Assembly (NCBI RefSeq): GCF_964355755.1
Contig: NC_092679.1
Location: 5,176,201-5,240,200 of the forward strand
Direction: 5' to 3'
From: Antedon mediterranea
Taxonomy: Eukaryota; Animalia; Echinodermata
DNA: 64,000 nt
Made by a program: the position numbers and the translations under genes. Shown here piece after piece: positions 12,609 through 26,600 of this stretch. The notes below the pieces were generated by a model. The model saw only the letters and a list, made by a program, of their open reading frames with translations, was not told where the DNA came from and made no database searches. Each line of letters opens with the position of its first letter. Position 1 is the first letter of the stretch.

Positions 12609-14622
12609 ATTGATATAAACACATTTTTGGATATTAAGTGGACTGATGTTTAGGTGTGGGCTGAAAAACATTGGGATTAGTGGAAGAAATGTCATATGAT
12701 TTGACCCAAAAAAAAAAGATGTTTGTTGAGTGGAAACATTTTGGGCTGGGTGGTAGAACTGGGATTGGTGTAAATGATATATAGTAAACTTTGGTGGCAG
12801 AACCTATCATGTCTCTCCTTACATACTCACATCTATGATATTGAGTTAACCATTGTTTAGATAATCAACTCATTTTTACTTACCGATTCCTAATGTTCTC
12901 CAGCTATCAATCATGATTTAATGACCATTGAAACGTTTGAGTTTTTCCACATGCTCCTTTTTTTCTTTTTTTTTTCTTTTCAAATAGTATGTTTTAACAA
13001 ATGAATCAATCATTCTTCTGAGTACAACTCTATATTTTACTTGTCAAACTGTATGAAACTTGATATATCAGAAACCCTTATTTCAATGACCTTAGATTTA
13101 CCTGTGTTTGATAGGAATTCTTAATGGACAAATACCCCCAATCACTTATATATCACTCTATTACTTCTGACATATCTTTACTAGTTATTTTTACTTGTTT
13201 TTAAATTTTTTACCTTCACAACCTGAATTACATAAAGGAAACCATTCAACGCATACAAATCAGATTTTTTTTGTTCACGTATCAAAAATAAACTAATGGA
13301 TAGATATATAGAATACAAGAATTGTTGCTGATTTTATACTTTATATTTTTTTTAAAGCATATAGATTTTTACAAATTTTTCTATTAGTCACAAATCAAAA
13401 ACAAACAAATTATGATTAATCCAAATAAGAAACAATATCAAGAATCAGATATAAAAATGAATTATATATATATATATTATTTTGTGGGCATAAAAAGATA
13501 TATAATGTAGTAAGATATGCTACTACACATTAAAATAATTAGGAATAAAGCTAAAAATATCAAAATCATTTATTCACAGGTATATCCTCAATTATTAATA
13601 TCAATGGATAAATTAAAACAAAACTTTAAAATTGGAAATGTATGCAAGTCTACGTAAAAGAAATCAAACTCTCCAAGTTTATCAGCGAAGAGTCATAAGG
13701 GATAAGTAGAAATAGTACAGCCCGAACAAACCATTCCCTAACCTATTTGATGTTGTTAACACATGACGAGAAATTGGGTCAAATATAAAAACCATGCAAC
13801 CATAAAATAAATAATTTTCAATCTTTCTCTACAGTATGTAGTTTTGTATGAGTTATGATATTATGGTTTGGCTAATAAAAATAGGCCAGTTATAATGGAG
13901 AGATATAAAATTTCTAGTCCACATTATTAGAACAGAACATCTCAAAAGTACAATATAATTAAAATGTACTGTAGTTACATTATACTTGCTTTGAAATCAT
14001 GTAGCCATTCTTTTTTAGATACATAGCATTATTATCATGCAGTTGAGTTGATTGTTAGTTTTTTAGTGTAATAATTTTTTAATGACTTTTACAAATTAAT
14101 ATTTTCAGAAAAGGTGAAATGTCAACTAACAGTGAAAATGACAATTTAGTTCCCTTTAATGCGGACTGTAACAATGAAACCTACAGTATTCTTGTGATGA
14201 TAAGAGTAGATCAGGTTTATCTTTACACAGTCATAATTTTCTCCATTACATATTGGTATACAGTAATTTCAATAAGTAGTGTTAAAAATACTGGGTACAT
14301 ATTTTACTTATTCAATATTAAAATTTGATTTCACATTATTGTATGATAGTGTTTGAGCATGTTGTACTTTGACCAGGCCTTTCATTGACAAAATGTTATG
14401 TTGACTTTTTTTCCCCTCACCTGCAAAAAAAAAATATGTTTATTTGAACCTCCTTGACCAGTGTATACTGTAGTTCCTGGTTACTGTGACACCTTAGATC
14501 CACACAGAAGCTTAGCACAGGAAACGCATGTTTCAGTGTTAAGTGAAACCCTTCATATCAAATCACTAAGACATATGAACAGCACATAATAACATGTTTC
14601 CTGTGATGTACATTGACCACTT

Positions 14623-15740
14623 CCCACCTTAGTGGATTAAATTAACTTGAAAATAACATTGGTGTAGAATACTGTGTACCAACTGGCCTATACTATGTAC
14701 ACTTTCAAAGACCAGAGGTATACTGTAGTCTAAGTAGTTCATACTATAACAGCTTATAAAATGTGGTCCCACCTTTGTGGATTATGTTGAAAATAACATT
14801 GGTCTAAAATACTGTGTACCAACTGGCCTATACAGTACTATGTACACTTTCAAAGATCAGAGGTATACTGTAGTCTAAGTAGTTCATACTATAACAGCTT
14901 ATAAAATGTGGTCCCACCTTTGTGGATTATGTTGAAAATAACATTGGTCTAAAATACTGTGTACCAACTGGCCTATACAGTACTATGTACACTTTCAAAG
15001 ACCAGAGGTATACTGTAGTCTGAGTGGTTCAAACTTAACAGCTTATAAAATGTGGTCCCACCTTTGTGGATTATGTTGAAAATAACATTGGTCTAAAATA
15101 CTGTGTACCAACTGGCCTATACAGTACTATGTACACTTTCAAAGACCAGAGGTATACTGTAGTCTGAGTGGTTCAAACTTAACAGCTTATAAAATGTGGT
15201 CCCACCTTAGTGGATTATGTTGAAAATAACATTGGTCTAAAATACTGTGTACCAACTGGCCTATACAGTACTATGTACACTTTCAAAGACCAGAGGTATA
15301 CTGTAGTCTGAGTGGTTCAAACTTAACAGCTTATAAAATGTGGTCCCACCTTAGTGGATTATGTTGAAAATAACATTGGTCTAAAATACTGTGTACCAAC
15401 TGGCCTATACAGTACTATGTACACTTTCAAAGACCAGAGGTATACTGTAGTCTGAGTGGTTCAAACTTAACAGCTTATAAAATGTGGTCCCACCTTAGTG
15501 GATTATGTTGAAAATAACATTGGTCTAAAATACTGTGTACCAACTGGCCTATACAGTACTATGTACACTTTCAAAGACCAGAGGTATACTGTAGTCTGAG
15601 TGGTTCAAACTTAACAGCTTATAAAATGTGGTCCCAACTTAGTGGATTATGTTGAAAATAACATTGGTCTAAAATACTGTGTACCAACTGGCCTAAATGT
15701 TACTAATGTGCAGTATAGTATGTAAAGTTTCAAAGACCAA
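14623..15740. repeat. Tandem array, 144-bp unit, about 7.7 copies
   Basis: GTGGTCCCA recurs at 14763, 14908, 15052, 15196, 15340, 15484 and 15628; units are near-identical. Confidence 0.95.
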
Positions 15741-16385
15741 AGGATAGTCCAAGTTGGTGGAACTATCTATACACAGCAGATATGTGGTGAGATAGGCTAT
15801 CATAAGAGACACATTTTATGTAGATTTATAAATGTCATTGGTCATCTGATAACAAGGGATACTGTATAACTACTGTAAAAGCAGTAAGTCTGGTATGAGA
15901 GTGTAAGAATCAGCATTGTCTGCCTTCCTTACTCTATCAAACACAAAAGGTCAGCCACATTATATGACATGAGACCATGGAGAAATCATTTTGGTAGTTA
16001 TAGTACTAACTTAATTCTTTATGCTGAGAATACACTACAGTAATAGTCAAAATACAGTACTATGTGTGTCTGTATTTATAACACAATAAACTAGAACCAT
16101 TAAGAACATAATTGTAAAAAATAATAAATGATGGAAAATGAGGGATCATATGAAAGAAGATCAAATAATTATAGTACAACAAGTAAAGAGTGATTACTTT
16201 AGCCCTTTTGGGCTAGATACATTTTGAATTGTTACAAGGTGGATATTTTTAGATTTAAATTTAAGTCTGTACAGTTTTGAATGAAGGACTATTAAGAACC
16301 ATTAGGAAGGGTGGAAACTGTTAGGTATCAGTCCAAATTAATTACTAGTACCAATATGTGGTACGAACTTGAAGAGAGTACTTTT

Positions 16386-16840
16386 ACAGTATTGAGAAAC
16401 AGGTTGAATACTGTACACTATTGTGTACATTAGTACAGTATTGAGAAAGAGGCTCAATACTGTACACTACTGTATAATATACAGTAATATAATATTACAG
16501 TATTGAGAAACAGACTCATTACTACACTATACTGTATCAGTAGTCACACACAGTATTGAGAAACAGGCTCATTACTACACTATACTGTATCAGTAGTCAC
16601 ACACAGTATTGAGAAACAGACTCATTACTACACTATACTGTATCAGTAGTCACACACAGTATTGAGAAACAGACTCATTACTACACTATACTGTATCAGT
16701 AGTCACACACAGTATTGAGAAACAGACTCATTACTACACTATACTGTATCAGTAGTCACACACAGTATTGAGAAACAGACTCATTACTACACTATACTGT
16801 ATCAGTAGTCACACACAGTATTGAGAAACAGGCTCAATAT
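16386..16840. repeat. Tandem array, 53-bp unit (about 6.5 near-perfect copies plus 2 degenerate)
   Basis: CAGTATTGAGAAACAG recurs at 16498, 16551, 16604, 16657, 16710, 16763 and 16816. Confidence 0.95.
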
Positions 16841-17322
16841 ACCTACTGTACTGAACAGTATACAGTAGTTGGGTATAAAAATGCTCACATGTGATTACAG
16901 AAATACTCTTAGTTGTTGAATCTAAATTTGAATTTAACCAAAGAGTTGAACAATTTACAGTAACTTTTAAATTCATTGTTTATTGTAAATGCTGACAAAC
17001 TTTATATTCTAACAGAATTAATCAAAGTAAGAACAATAACATTGGATTTTTGAATGAATGGATTTTACACAGACAAACAATGATGAAAAAGAAAAGAAAA
17101 AATAAAGATTACTAATGTGAAGGAATAAACAAAAAATACCTGAAATGATTAAATGAATGAAGAACATAACAAATTAAAAGAAAGAAGATTTTTTGTTAAA
17201 ATTACAATAGTATTTAACTATAATAATAATCTCTTTTATTGTCAACAATAAACAAAAACAATTGACAAATGGTATTAGGGTATACTGTATAGTAGCCATT
17301 ATTAATTATCACTTAGTGCTTA

Positions 17323-17515
17323 AGCGTGGTTCCCACTAGCGACGCAACGCAAGGACGTAACGCAACGCAAGTAAATTGAGCAATCACAAGCGATGTCTTA
17401 TTCGCTTGTGATTGCTAACTGTCTATAACTTCGCTTGTCATTGGTTAAAACGCTTGCGTTGCGTTTACGTCCTTGCGTTTACGTCCTTGCGTTACGTTCT
17501 AGTGGGAACCAAGCT
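17323..17515 (+). mobile_element. PIF/Harbinger-type MITE, copy 1
   Basis: TIR AGCGTGGTTCCCACTAG / CTAGTGGGAACCAAGCT with a perfect TTA target-site duplication; near-identical copies at 54129 and 55661. Confidence 0.9.
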
Positions 17516-20500
17516 TTATCCCCATCTTTAAAATGTACAATTTCTTGAAAATGATGAAAAAATAGTAAGCAGAATTTAACAAAAATAAACGTAATATAAA
17601 TAATAAACGAATTAAAACTAAATCTCATTCTTGGTAAAACGATTATAGATTTTATAATTCTCTAATACTTTGAAAGTTTAAGAATACATCTGCATCTAAT
17701 ATAACTACATAGAATAACATTTTTATTTATTTTTTGTTCCTGTCAATATACCTATAAGTATTAAATATCCACTTATAACTTTGTTTGACAAAGTCAAGCC
17801 TACTATGTATGCATTGGTATGTAATATTTACATTACCCTATCAGATTAATTTTAATAAATTATACTTGGTTTATTTATCTTGGTCAGAGATAGCTACACA
17901 CACCTGTTTGTAACCATAGAGAAAAAAAATGTTGGTATTTCAAAGACCAAATGGTCAAAAGTTGAAGAGATTTAAATATTTTAGAATATTATGTTTAATT
18001 GAGACATTCAATGCAAATATCTGAGAGCAGTAAATTATGTGGTATTTATCATTCACACACATTGTAAGATGTACTGTACTGTACAACAATGTGGTCATAA
18101 AAGCGTCTCCATGGGTTGAAGGTTATTCGCGTTGGCCGGTTACTGATTATCGTTCTTTTATTCGCTGTTATACACTGAGGTCAGTGTTTTTCCAATGACT
18201 TTTTATACAGCGCCATATTAGCTACTGGTCTATATTTTTACAAGGTATGCTAAATAGGGTAGGCTATATGAAGCCAAACAAAGACGGCGCTTCTCGGCTG
18301 CTGCGTCAGGTTAACCAATCAATACAAGGCATTAGCAATTGGATTCCAACAAAAAAAATAATAATTTCTTTCCCAAACTAATGCCCTATAGCAAATTTAA
18401 ACAACTTTCAGACTGAGATTAAAATTATAAATTTAGTTACAGCACGGGAGAGTTGAAGGTTAAAATATTTCGTTAGTTGACCACTAACGATGATTATTAA
18501 CAATCACGTATTACAACTGCCGTGCCCCTTATTAAATAAGAATCTGGGCGTCCGGAATATGACCAAGGTCTGTTGAACACACACTGATCAATAAATAATA
18601 AATTCATGTCTACCACCATTTTGTGTGACCAAAGTTGACCTGTCACGTTGAGTTGTTCTAACCAAGGTCAGACTTGGATCTAAGGCTTTATAGCACTATA
18701 AAGGCAAAGGTGGCGATTCCACTCTGTGGATTACGTAAATGACCAGAATTCCACCCGAGAGACGAGCCATTTCTGGACAAGATAATAACATAATGATATA
18801 AATAATTCACCACAAACTAACTACTTTAATTGATGTTTATTTTTATATTTAGTTGGAAAATGTAATAATAAAGCTGACTCTATGCATATTACTTACAGAA
18901 AGTGTTCAAAGATTACTATAAAAGTACAATAGGCCAAATACATAGTAAATATTGCCAGACAGATTTGTTCAAGGGTCTCTACAAATAATAAATCCACTCT
19001 ACCATGCAGGCATAATATTAACAGCTCTCTCTTTTTGTCAAGTCAGCAGCAGGAATAATTTTTCTAGAGGCAAGGCCAGTAACAATAAATAACACAAATG
19101 TAATAGTACTTTTCGACCTTTGTTTGAACTACAAATGACCATCAAATTTAGCTCACAGGCTGGTTTCCTGACATTGCTAACAGTAATTAGTATATACTCC
19201 AGCCAGCATAAGTCAGTTGGCCTGTCTGGCTATGCTGACCTTCCACAACCTTCCATTAAGCTGACCAGTGGAAATATTATGTAACTAGTTAATAGTAAAC
19301 AATTGGCCAGACAAGTTCAGGGATAATCTCAGCATAAGAAAGACATTATTAGCCTTAGGATATAGGCCTATTATGTAACATTACACAATGTTTATATTAG
19401 TAGAGGTCAACCAGTCTGGATTCAATGACCTATTATTAAACTGGACTTCACAAAGGGTCAGCTAAGGACAAGGCTGTTTAACAATTGAAGTGTGCAGACC
19501 TAATTATTCATGTAACATTGCTCAATGTTTATATTAGTTAATAGGTCAACCAGTCTGGACTTAAGGCTGGACATCACAAAAGGGACAGTAAAGTAGAATA
19601 CTGTACAGTTGTATAGATAGAAGGCCTAATAAAACTATATTCTAGTCTTTAATAATAGAAAGTACTGTAGACTTGTAGGCCTATCTACAGAGAAAAAATG
19701 TTATAATTTACTTTTTTAAGGTACAATACTGTAGTAATGGTATACTGTAGTTTACTTCTCATTGTACTGTCTAAAAATACATTTGAATTACACATTCCAA
19801 TCTAGATAAAAAAAAGATGTACTTACTAATGATATAAGTACTTACTTAATAATAAGTATATAAAATAATAAATTTCATAAATATTTAATTCTAATAATAG
19901 ATATTAACAGTTTAAAAGCTTTGAACCCACATGAATACAAAAGGGTTAACTCAAGTATGTGAACCGCTTGGGCAGGCCTGCTCTTGGCTACTTTAGGCCT
20001 ACAGTTTTTTATTTCTTATTTCATTGTATAACCTACAGAAAATTCTTTAGTTCTTTTTTTGTAGTGTATTTTATAGTTTTATTTGTGTATAATATATTTT
20101 TAAACAGGATTACTATAGTGGACGTCACAGAGGTCAACTAAGAACAAGGCTGGATAATATTAGAAGTTGTTATTACACTATTTTTATCTGTTTATTGGAA
20201 GTTACAGAAACAGTCTTAATTTTAAAAAGGTAAGTATAAGAAAGAAGATTTCAAATAATTATTTATATTATAACATTTTATTTAATTATCACTCTGACTA
20301 ATTTAATATAATAATAATATTAGAACATATTTATAAAATGTTACAAACACACTATGCCTTTATTATCTTTCATTGTGTTATGTATTCTTCCACTAAAATA
20401 GTTCCTATAGAAAGGACCAGTGGGTTTTGATGAAAAGATCCAAGGTAAAATACCAACAAAAAATTTTTTTTATGAAATCCTAACCTTGTAAATATTAAAT

Positions 20501-21559
20501 ATGATTAAGAACGAGGTCAATTTAGGAATCTTTATTATGCCATATTTATCCTTGCAAGGTAATAATTTTGCTACGCAAATGGTAAACAAATTGTTGCTTT
20601 CGGAATACATAGCACACAAAACCTTTGTCACAAAGGCGAACCATTTTGTATTAATCAACACGCCCCGGTCGTGTTCGATCGGAAACAATACGGATACCGG
20701 TCTAACGAAAGCCTCAGCCATTTTATTCAACTCCATAGAAAATCACAAAAAAAATACAGCAATTTAAATTATGTTGAAGGTCGCTATGTAATTTTTCTCT
20801 TAAAATATATTTATGAGCCCAAGCGAGTCGCCATATAATACACTGACCAATAGAGTGAAGTCGTGGCTATGTACTTAAATAGCTATTGGTGTTTGGCGCA
20901 CCTTCGCCCCATGGATCAGCATAATATACTCGTTGTGTACATTAAACCGTATGCAAAATAAGTCAGAAGGAAAGCAACTGGCTGCCTAAGGGCTTATGAT
21001 GGCGATCGTTTCAATAGGCAAGAGCTACGTATACGGTCGTTGTCTGTGTTGCAGACATTTCTCCTTCACACAATCAATGTAAATAAATACTGATTACAAA
21101 ATGTCATTAATAACATTTACAATTATTTAATAGAAAATTTAGAAGAGGTTAAATTATTTACTATACCTATTAGTATTAATGGAAAAATACAATGTATTTA
21201 TATGAAAGGGGAATTCCCTTTGTAAAACCCCCCACCCATGGACTACACACAAATTAATTGTTAGATAATAAACATGTTAGTATATCACCATAAACAAAAC
21301 TATTGTTTTAAAGTGTTCTTACATAATAAAAGAATAACATTGTCAGATTATAGGCCCGTTATATTCACATTTTGCGATAGCAGTTAGAACTTAGAGCTAA
21401 CCGTGCTACTAACGAACGGTTCTAAGCTTGACCAGGACTGTGTCTGCACCACGGTCCGGTGAGACCTGACACCAACAATGTTCAACCGGCCAGGTAGACG
21501 GCCGATGTTTAGAAGGTGTAACAACAGGCTAAACATTTATAAAATCAAATAAAACTTAC

Positions 21560-21611
21560 CAGTAAGTGACCGTCGGACCTGCTGCGGCTTGTCCTGCTTC
21601 CGGCGTGACAT
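21560..21611 (-). CDS. First coding exon of a probable zinc-finger transcriptional repressor with an N-terminal NuRD-binding motif (BCL11/SALL/FOG/ZNF521-like)
   Basis: AAAA-ATG context. Encodes MSRRKQDKPQQVRRSLT, then G|GTAAGT donor (52 nt, phase 1). Matches the MSRRKQxxP signature and the short phase-1 first exon typical of these families; lies in a CpG-rich island. Confidence 0.85.
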
Positions 21612-21970
21612 TTTTCGCCCCAAGAGCCGGGTAGCGATGGACTTCGCGCAGAGTATAGTTACACAAAGCGTACCAACTTGTTTATCATGAAAAATGGCGG
21701 CTGAGTCGCGATGCGCCACGGGATAGCAAACTTCTATTCAGACTCTACTACTGATAAAAAGTGGTAATTCATTAATTGATTTCCAAAAAACACAAGTATT
21801 TTCTCCAAATAGAAACATATCCAACTGTCCACACACACCAAACGGTAACGACAATTCCTAACCCGCTTTTCGATTCGATTTTATTTACAATGAAATTTCG
21901 TTGTAAGTTATGAAGATTATCGAGATAGACGTTACGCATGACTTCCCCCTGGACACACACGACAGTGGTA
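21612..21970 (-). promoter_or_regulatory. CpG-rich 5'UTR/promoter of the zinc-finger gene with a YY1-like site
   Basis: High CpG density; AAAATGGCGG at 21691-21700; immediately upstream of the ATG at 21611. Confidence 0.6.
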
Positions 21971-22346
21971 TAGTCTTCCTTAAGTTTGGACTTCTAATAT
22001 TTTTAAAAAATAGACCACTTATCTCAAAGGGAACGAATATGATTAATAAAGTTGAATTTCGTTCATGATTTAACTTAAATTTAGGATTTTTGATGTATCA
22101 TTTAACAGCACTCTAAAATAATTAATAAAGCAAAAGTCGTGTGATTAAGTTTTAAACATTTTTTAAAGAATTCTCTTTTGCAGGCCTAAATCAAATAATA
22201 TTTATCTTACAATTTATTTATTTAAAACATTTGTAATCATAATTTATAATGAATTTATTCTATAGTCCTAATTAATAAGCTTATATTATTATTTAAAAGA
22301 CCATCTAATATCAATACTGTATAGGTTAGTTCATTTTGTGAGACGT

Positions 22347-22543
22347 CATTATCATCATCATTATCATCATAAAATACAATCACTAAACCAACTAGAGGAA
22401 ACCATCATCACAATGTCCTCTATTTATGTCATGTTCTAAATAGTAGAATGGGGTTTACTTGGTGGCGATACAAATTTGTTGTAATCATGATCACTTATCA
22501 TCATGATGATGATGATCATGATCATCATCATGATGATGATCGC

Positions 22544-22582
<39 letters not shown>

Positions 22583-22710
22583 GTTCATCTAATTCTCTTC
22601 AATTATAATTGTAGCCATGATCAAATCATCACTATCATTATGATTTTCCTCCTCCTCTTCTTTCTCCTCCTGATATCGTCATAATCATCATCATAATCAA
22701 CATCATCAAT
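22347..22710. repeat. (CAT)n microsatellite region
   Basis: Pure catcatcat run at about 22545-22581 with degenerate flanks. Confidence 0.9.
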
Positions 22711-23535
22711 AAAAGAGAAATATAGATATAAAGTATCAAAAACAGGATCATCACAAGTAAGTAAAAAACGTTTTTGATTTGTGACTCTCTAAAGTTTAAG
22801 ATATAAACAAATAAATTAGAAAAATTATTTTGGTATAATAGTCTTACAATTATTCTTTAAAATAGAGATGTATACTTTCTTAATATGTTACAATTTTTTT
22901 CTCGTTAATTATGTTACCTTTAATATAAATCATAATGTCATCGTTGATTGATAACGTCATTATCTCGTTTTTAGTGAACAATTTATTATGTAATATGAAT
23001 TGACTTTTGACCTCCTACATCCTGCTGCTATTGACTGCTATTAACCTTAACTGTTAACATTAATAATTAGTTTTCTATAAGTTGTATGATAAGATTACAT
23101 TAATAAGTATTCTTAATACAAAAGCACGTAGAATGTAATTAAGATACCTAATCTGCTTCTTCGAGATAATTTCAATGCATCACTGACAACAATTTGCATA
23201 AAATTATGTATAGTTAGGCATATCTCTTATTTATTTATTTCCATTATAAACAAAGTATGATCACACTATTCCTTTTTCCCTTGCTATAAATGATTTAATT
23301 TTATAAAATGTTATAGTAATTTTCTAAAGTTTATTTATTAAAATCACAACCTTTGACATTAGAAACCAAACTGGCTTAGAGACTTAACTTTGTTTCATCA
23401 GAGTACGGCATACCAATATTTTATATATCGATTGATTTATTAGTATTGTATTGTTTATTTTAGAGCCTATTATATAATAAAATTGTTCTGGCTCCCTCAC
23501 TTTATTTATTTAAAAAGTGAAAAAATCAATATATG

Positions 23536-23537
<2 letters not shown>

Positions 23538-23612
<75 letters not shown>
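23538..23612. repeat. (TA)n microsatellite
   Basis: Uninterrupted TA run. Confidence 0.97.
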
Positions 23613-23618
<6 letters not shown>

Positions 23619-26600
23619 TACATGTTAATCGTCTTTATAAAATTATTGAAAACATGATTATAGAAATGTTGTAGGAACTGATTTAATAATAGCAATAATA
23701 AAAAAAAAATATTAACATGATTGAAATTTTATTATGATTAAGACCTCATTGTTATTGTTATCAATGATGACGCCATTGGTGTTTTAAAATTTTAAAATAT
23801 AGTTTTGCCTCTACAATCGTATTTTAATAACAATAACATTTGATTAATTTTAAATTATAAAAACACTACCAATAAATGAACCCTTAATTATTATTGGTTG
23901 ATTATACATTGTTCAATGTTGATGAGTTGAAATATAACAGGCCATAAGAATATTATGATTAATATAATAATGTCACAAAAACAATTTTTAGTTATTAAAA
24001 AGCAAATGTATCATATCTACAATGTTTGTAGGCCTTATACATAAACACACATTACGTATTCATTAATATATATTTCAAATAAAAGTTTCAGCAGAAATCA
24101 AAATATAAACGAAAATCTATATTAAATTGTGTTTTCATAATTTTATCTTCTTCAATGTATTGATAGGCCTATTATTATTATTATAACATATCCCATTTTA
24201 CGGAAGATATAACGTTTCTTTACCAGTTTGCTAACAATCAGTTGCTCCATTGAAAACTAGATAAATAAAAAGTCGTGTATTTCATAACTTGACTTAAGTG
24301 CTTACTTAAATGTTTTTTAGGCCTGCATTATTTTACCAAAACAATGATTCCAATTCCAATTCCAATTGCATAAAATATCCCAGTTTACAAACGATAATAT
24401 ATAATGTTCTTTATCAGTTGCTAACAAGCAGCTTCATTAAAAACTAGATAGACAAACCTTATGCAACTTAGATTCGTATATTTTATAATTTGACTTAAGT
24501 GCTTAAGTTTCAGATTTTTTAAACCAAAATTATTATTGTTCAGAAGATCGTTAAATAAGGGACATTTTTATACGCCTTTTCTAAGATAATCCACATTGAA
24601 TTAACAAAAAAGAAAGCTCATATTAAAGCCACGCCCTAAAATGTTTTTTTAGGTAAACATGTTTGTATTAACTTGGCCTAAGTGATAAATTATGATGTAA
24701 ATTAATGGGTTATTATCCTGATTTCTTTGGCTCGTTGACTTTGACTTTTGTTATCCGACCACATTATGAGTCTTAGCCCTGACCTATAGCATGGGTCGTC
24801 GCTAAATATAGCCTGTTGCGTGAAACGATTGAGATCATCAATTAACAATTTCGAAAATGAGGGTCTATATTATTATTATTTATGCTACTGTTAATGTTAA
24901 TTCATTTATTTGTTTACTTTTACATGTATAGGCCTAAGAATCGCAGTTGTTTGATGAAGTTTTCAAGTTCATGTTTTTCTTGGTAGGTAGGCCCATCGTC
25001 TATGTTTTAGCATACCGGTGTTAAAGGCCTTGAATCCCACTCATCGCATTGCGGAAAACGTCTGGAGAAAGGGGCTTAGATTCGCAACGGGTTAGCGCAC
25101 TTTCAAATCAATTACAGTCATTGGATAATATTAGAAATTCAATAACATTTTACAATTAACTCTCTATAAATGTATTAAGTCAATAACTGGACAGTGTATA
25201 TTTTTGAAAATAAATGAAACAACGTAACCACTTTGTGATAGTCTGGGAAAAATCTAAGATGATAAAGTAGTAAAATGACTCAAACATTACTTAGATATTA
25301 ATATATTGCACAACACTAAAAGCATAATATAATTTACCGTATATAATTAAATATAATAATTAAAATGTCCTGATATGATATAAAATGTAATATATACTGT
25401 AGTATCGAAACCTGTATATTGTAGACTCGGAGTTTTGTGAATTTCAATATTTCAATAACAATAATAAATGATACAAATACAATTATTTTCCATCATAAAA
25501 TGTTATATTATGACTCTTCAGATCATCAAAACCTAAAAAGAGTAATGCCACATCTATAATAGTTATCCTCTGTGTTGTATAATTTTCGAAGCATTGCTGG
25601 TGTATGTGACTTCTACCCTCCCTGGTTTCCATATAGAATATTTCTGAATAAATCAGCATATTTAAGTTCATAGGCCTACAATAAACTGCTATAATAATAA
25701 CGTAGGAGGTCATGCGTTTGCCGGCAGTTCACGTACATTATAACAGCCTTTTATTGTGCACAAAATCAATGAAACATAAAAAATAATAGCCTTCTGTTTT
25801 GTCCACAAAAAATCGAACGAATATTTTACTACATTTTTATGTAGGACAAATGCATAATCTCATGTGAGAGCGACGACTCTTACAATACAATTTGTTGAAT
25901 GATACAAAACATGTTTATTTGTATATGTGCGTTACATAATATTTTAAATGTTGTATCAATATTGATTTAATGTTACTGTTCTCGTCATACTAAGAAGTCT
26001 ATATTCTAACATCACGCATCCAACATTTAGGCCTAAACTTGGAATGCAGTATCTATTGCTAAATGAACATGTATATGTATGCTTTCTGTTTGTTTATAAT
26101 ACTAACAGAGATTGTTTTTGCTTTTATATAATATTCATATTGCACTCTTAATAATTATACTACATACCGCAGTATGCATCACATTAATTCAAGCTTGAAC
26201 AATGTTTATCATACCATAGTCTTTTAAATCATTATAGGCATAAATACATTTACATATTTTTTGTAATGCGATAATTTTGTTTAATGATGACGATTGCTTT
26301 ACTTTTGAATGTATTGTTTCTTACCATGTAATTCAGCAGATTTGCTGCAAATTGATTTGTTTGTTTTTTAATAAAAAAATAAATAAAAAATACTATTCGA
26401 TGTGGATATTATTTTTATAAAATAAAGGAATCTATCTAAAATATGAATTCGGTCAATAATGGTTAAAATTCGTATTATTCCTTCTTATACCGTAGCATTA
26501 TGCCCGCATACCCATTTAATAACACTGTTCAATTGTATAAATATATAGGCCTAAAATATTGGCGGTTGCATACATATTCTCGATATAATGGAAATTAATA

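Noticed and set aside
11959-12695. Overlapping HPKVCP-repeat ORFs resembling zinc-finger or mucin-like proteins
   Set aside because: All three minus frames give similar peptides, as expected from a 20-bp repeat; no C2H2 spacing.
14623-16840. 144-bp and 53-bp arrays as CRISPR-like arrays
   Set aside because: Whole units are repeated with no unique spacers; no cas genes; eukaryotic context.
20470-20767. Overlapping 88-aa ORFs (MAEAFVRP... in good ATG context)
   Set aside because: No recognisable homology or strong donor; more likely a YY1-like site in a regulatory patch.
21537-21719. 60-aa ORF as listed in the track
   Set aside because: It starts at GTG and runs through a splice donor; only 21560-21611 is supported as coding.
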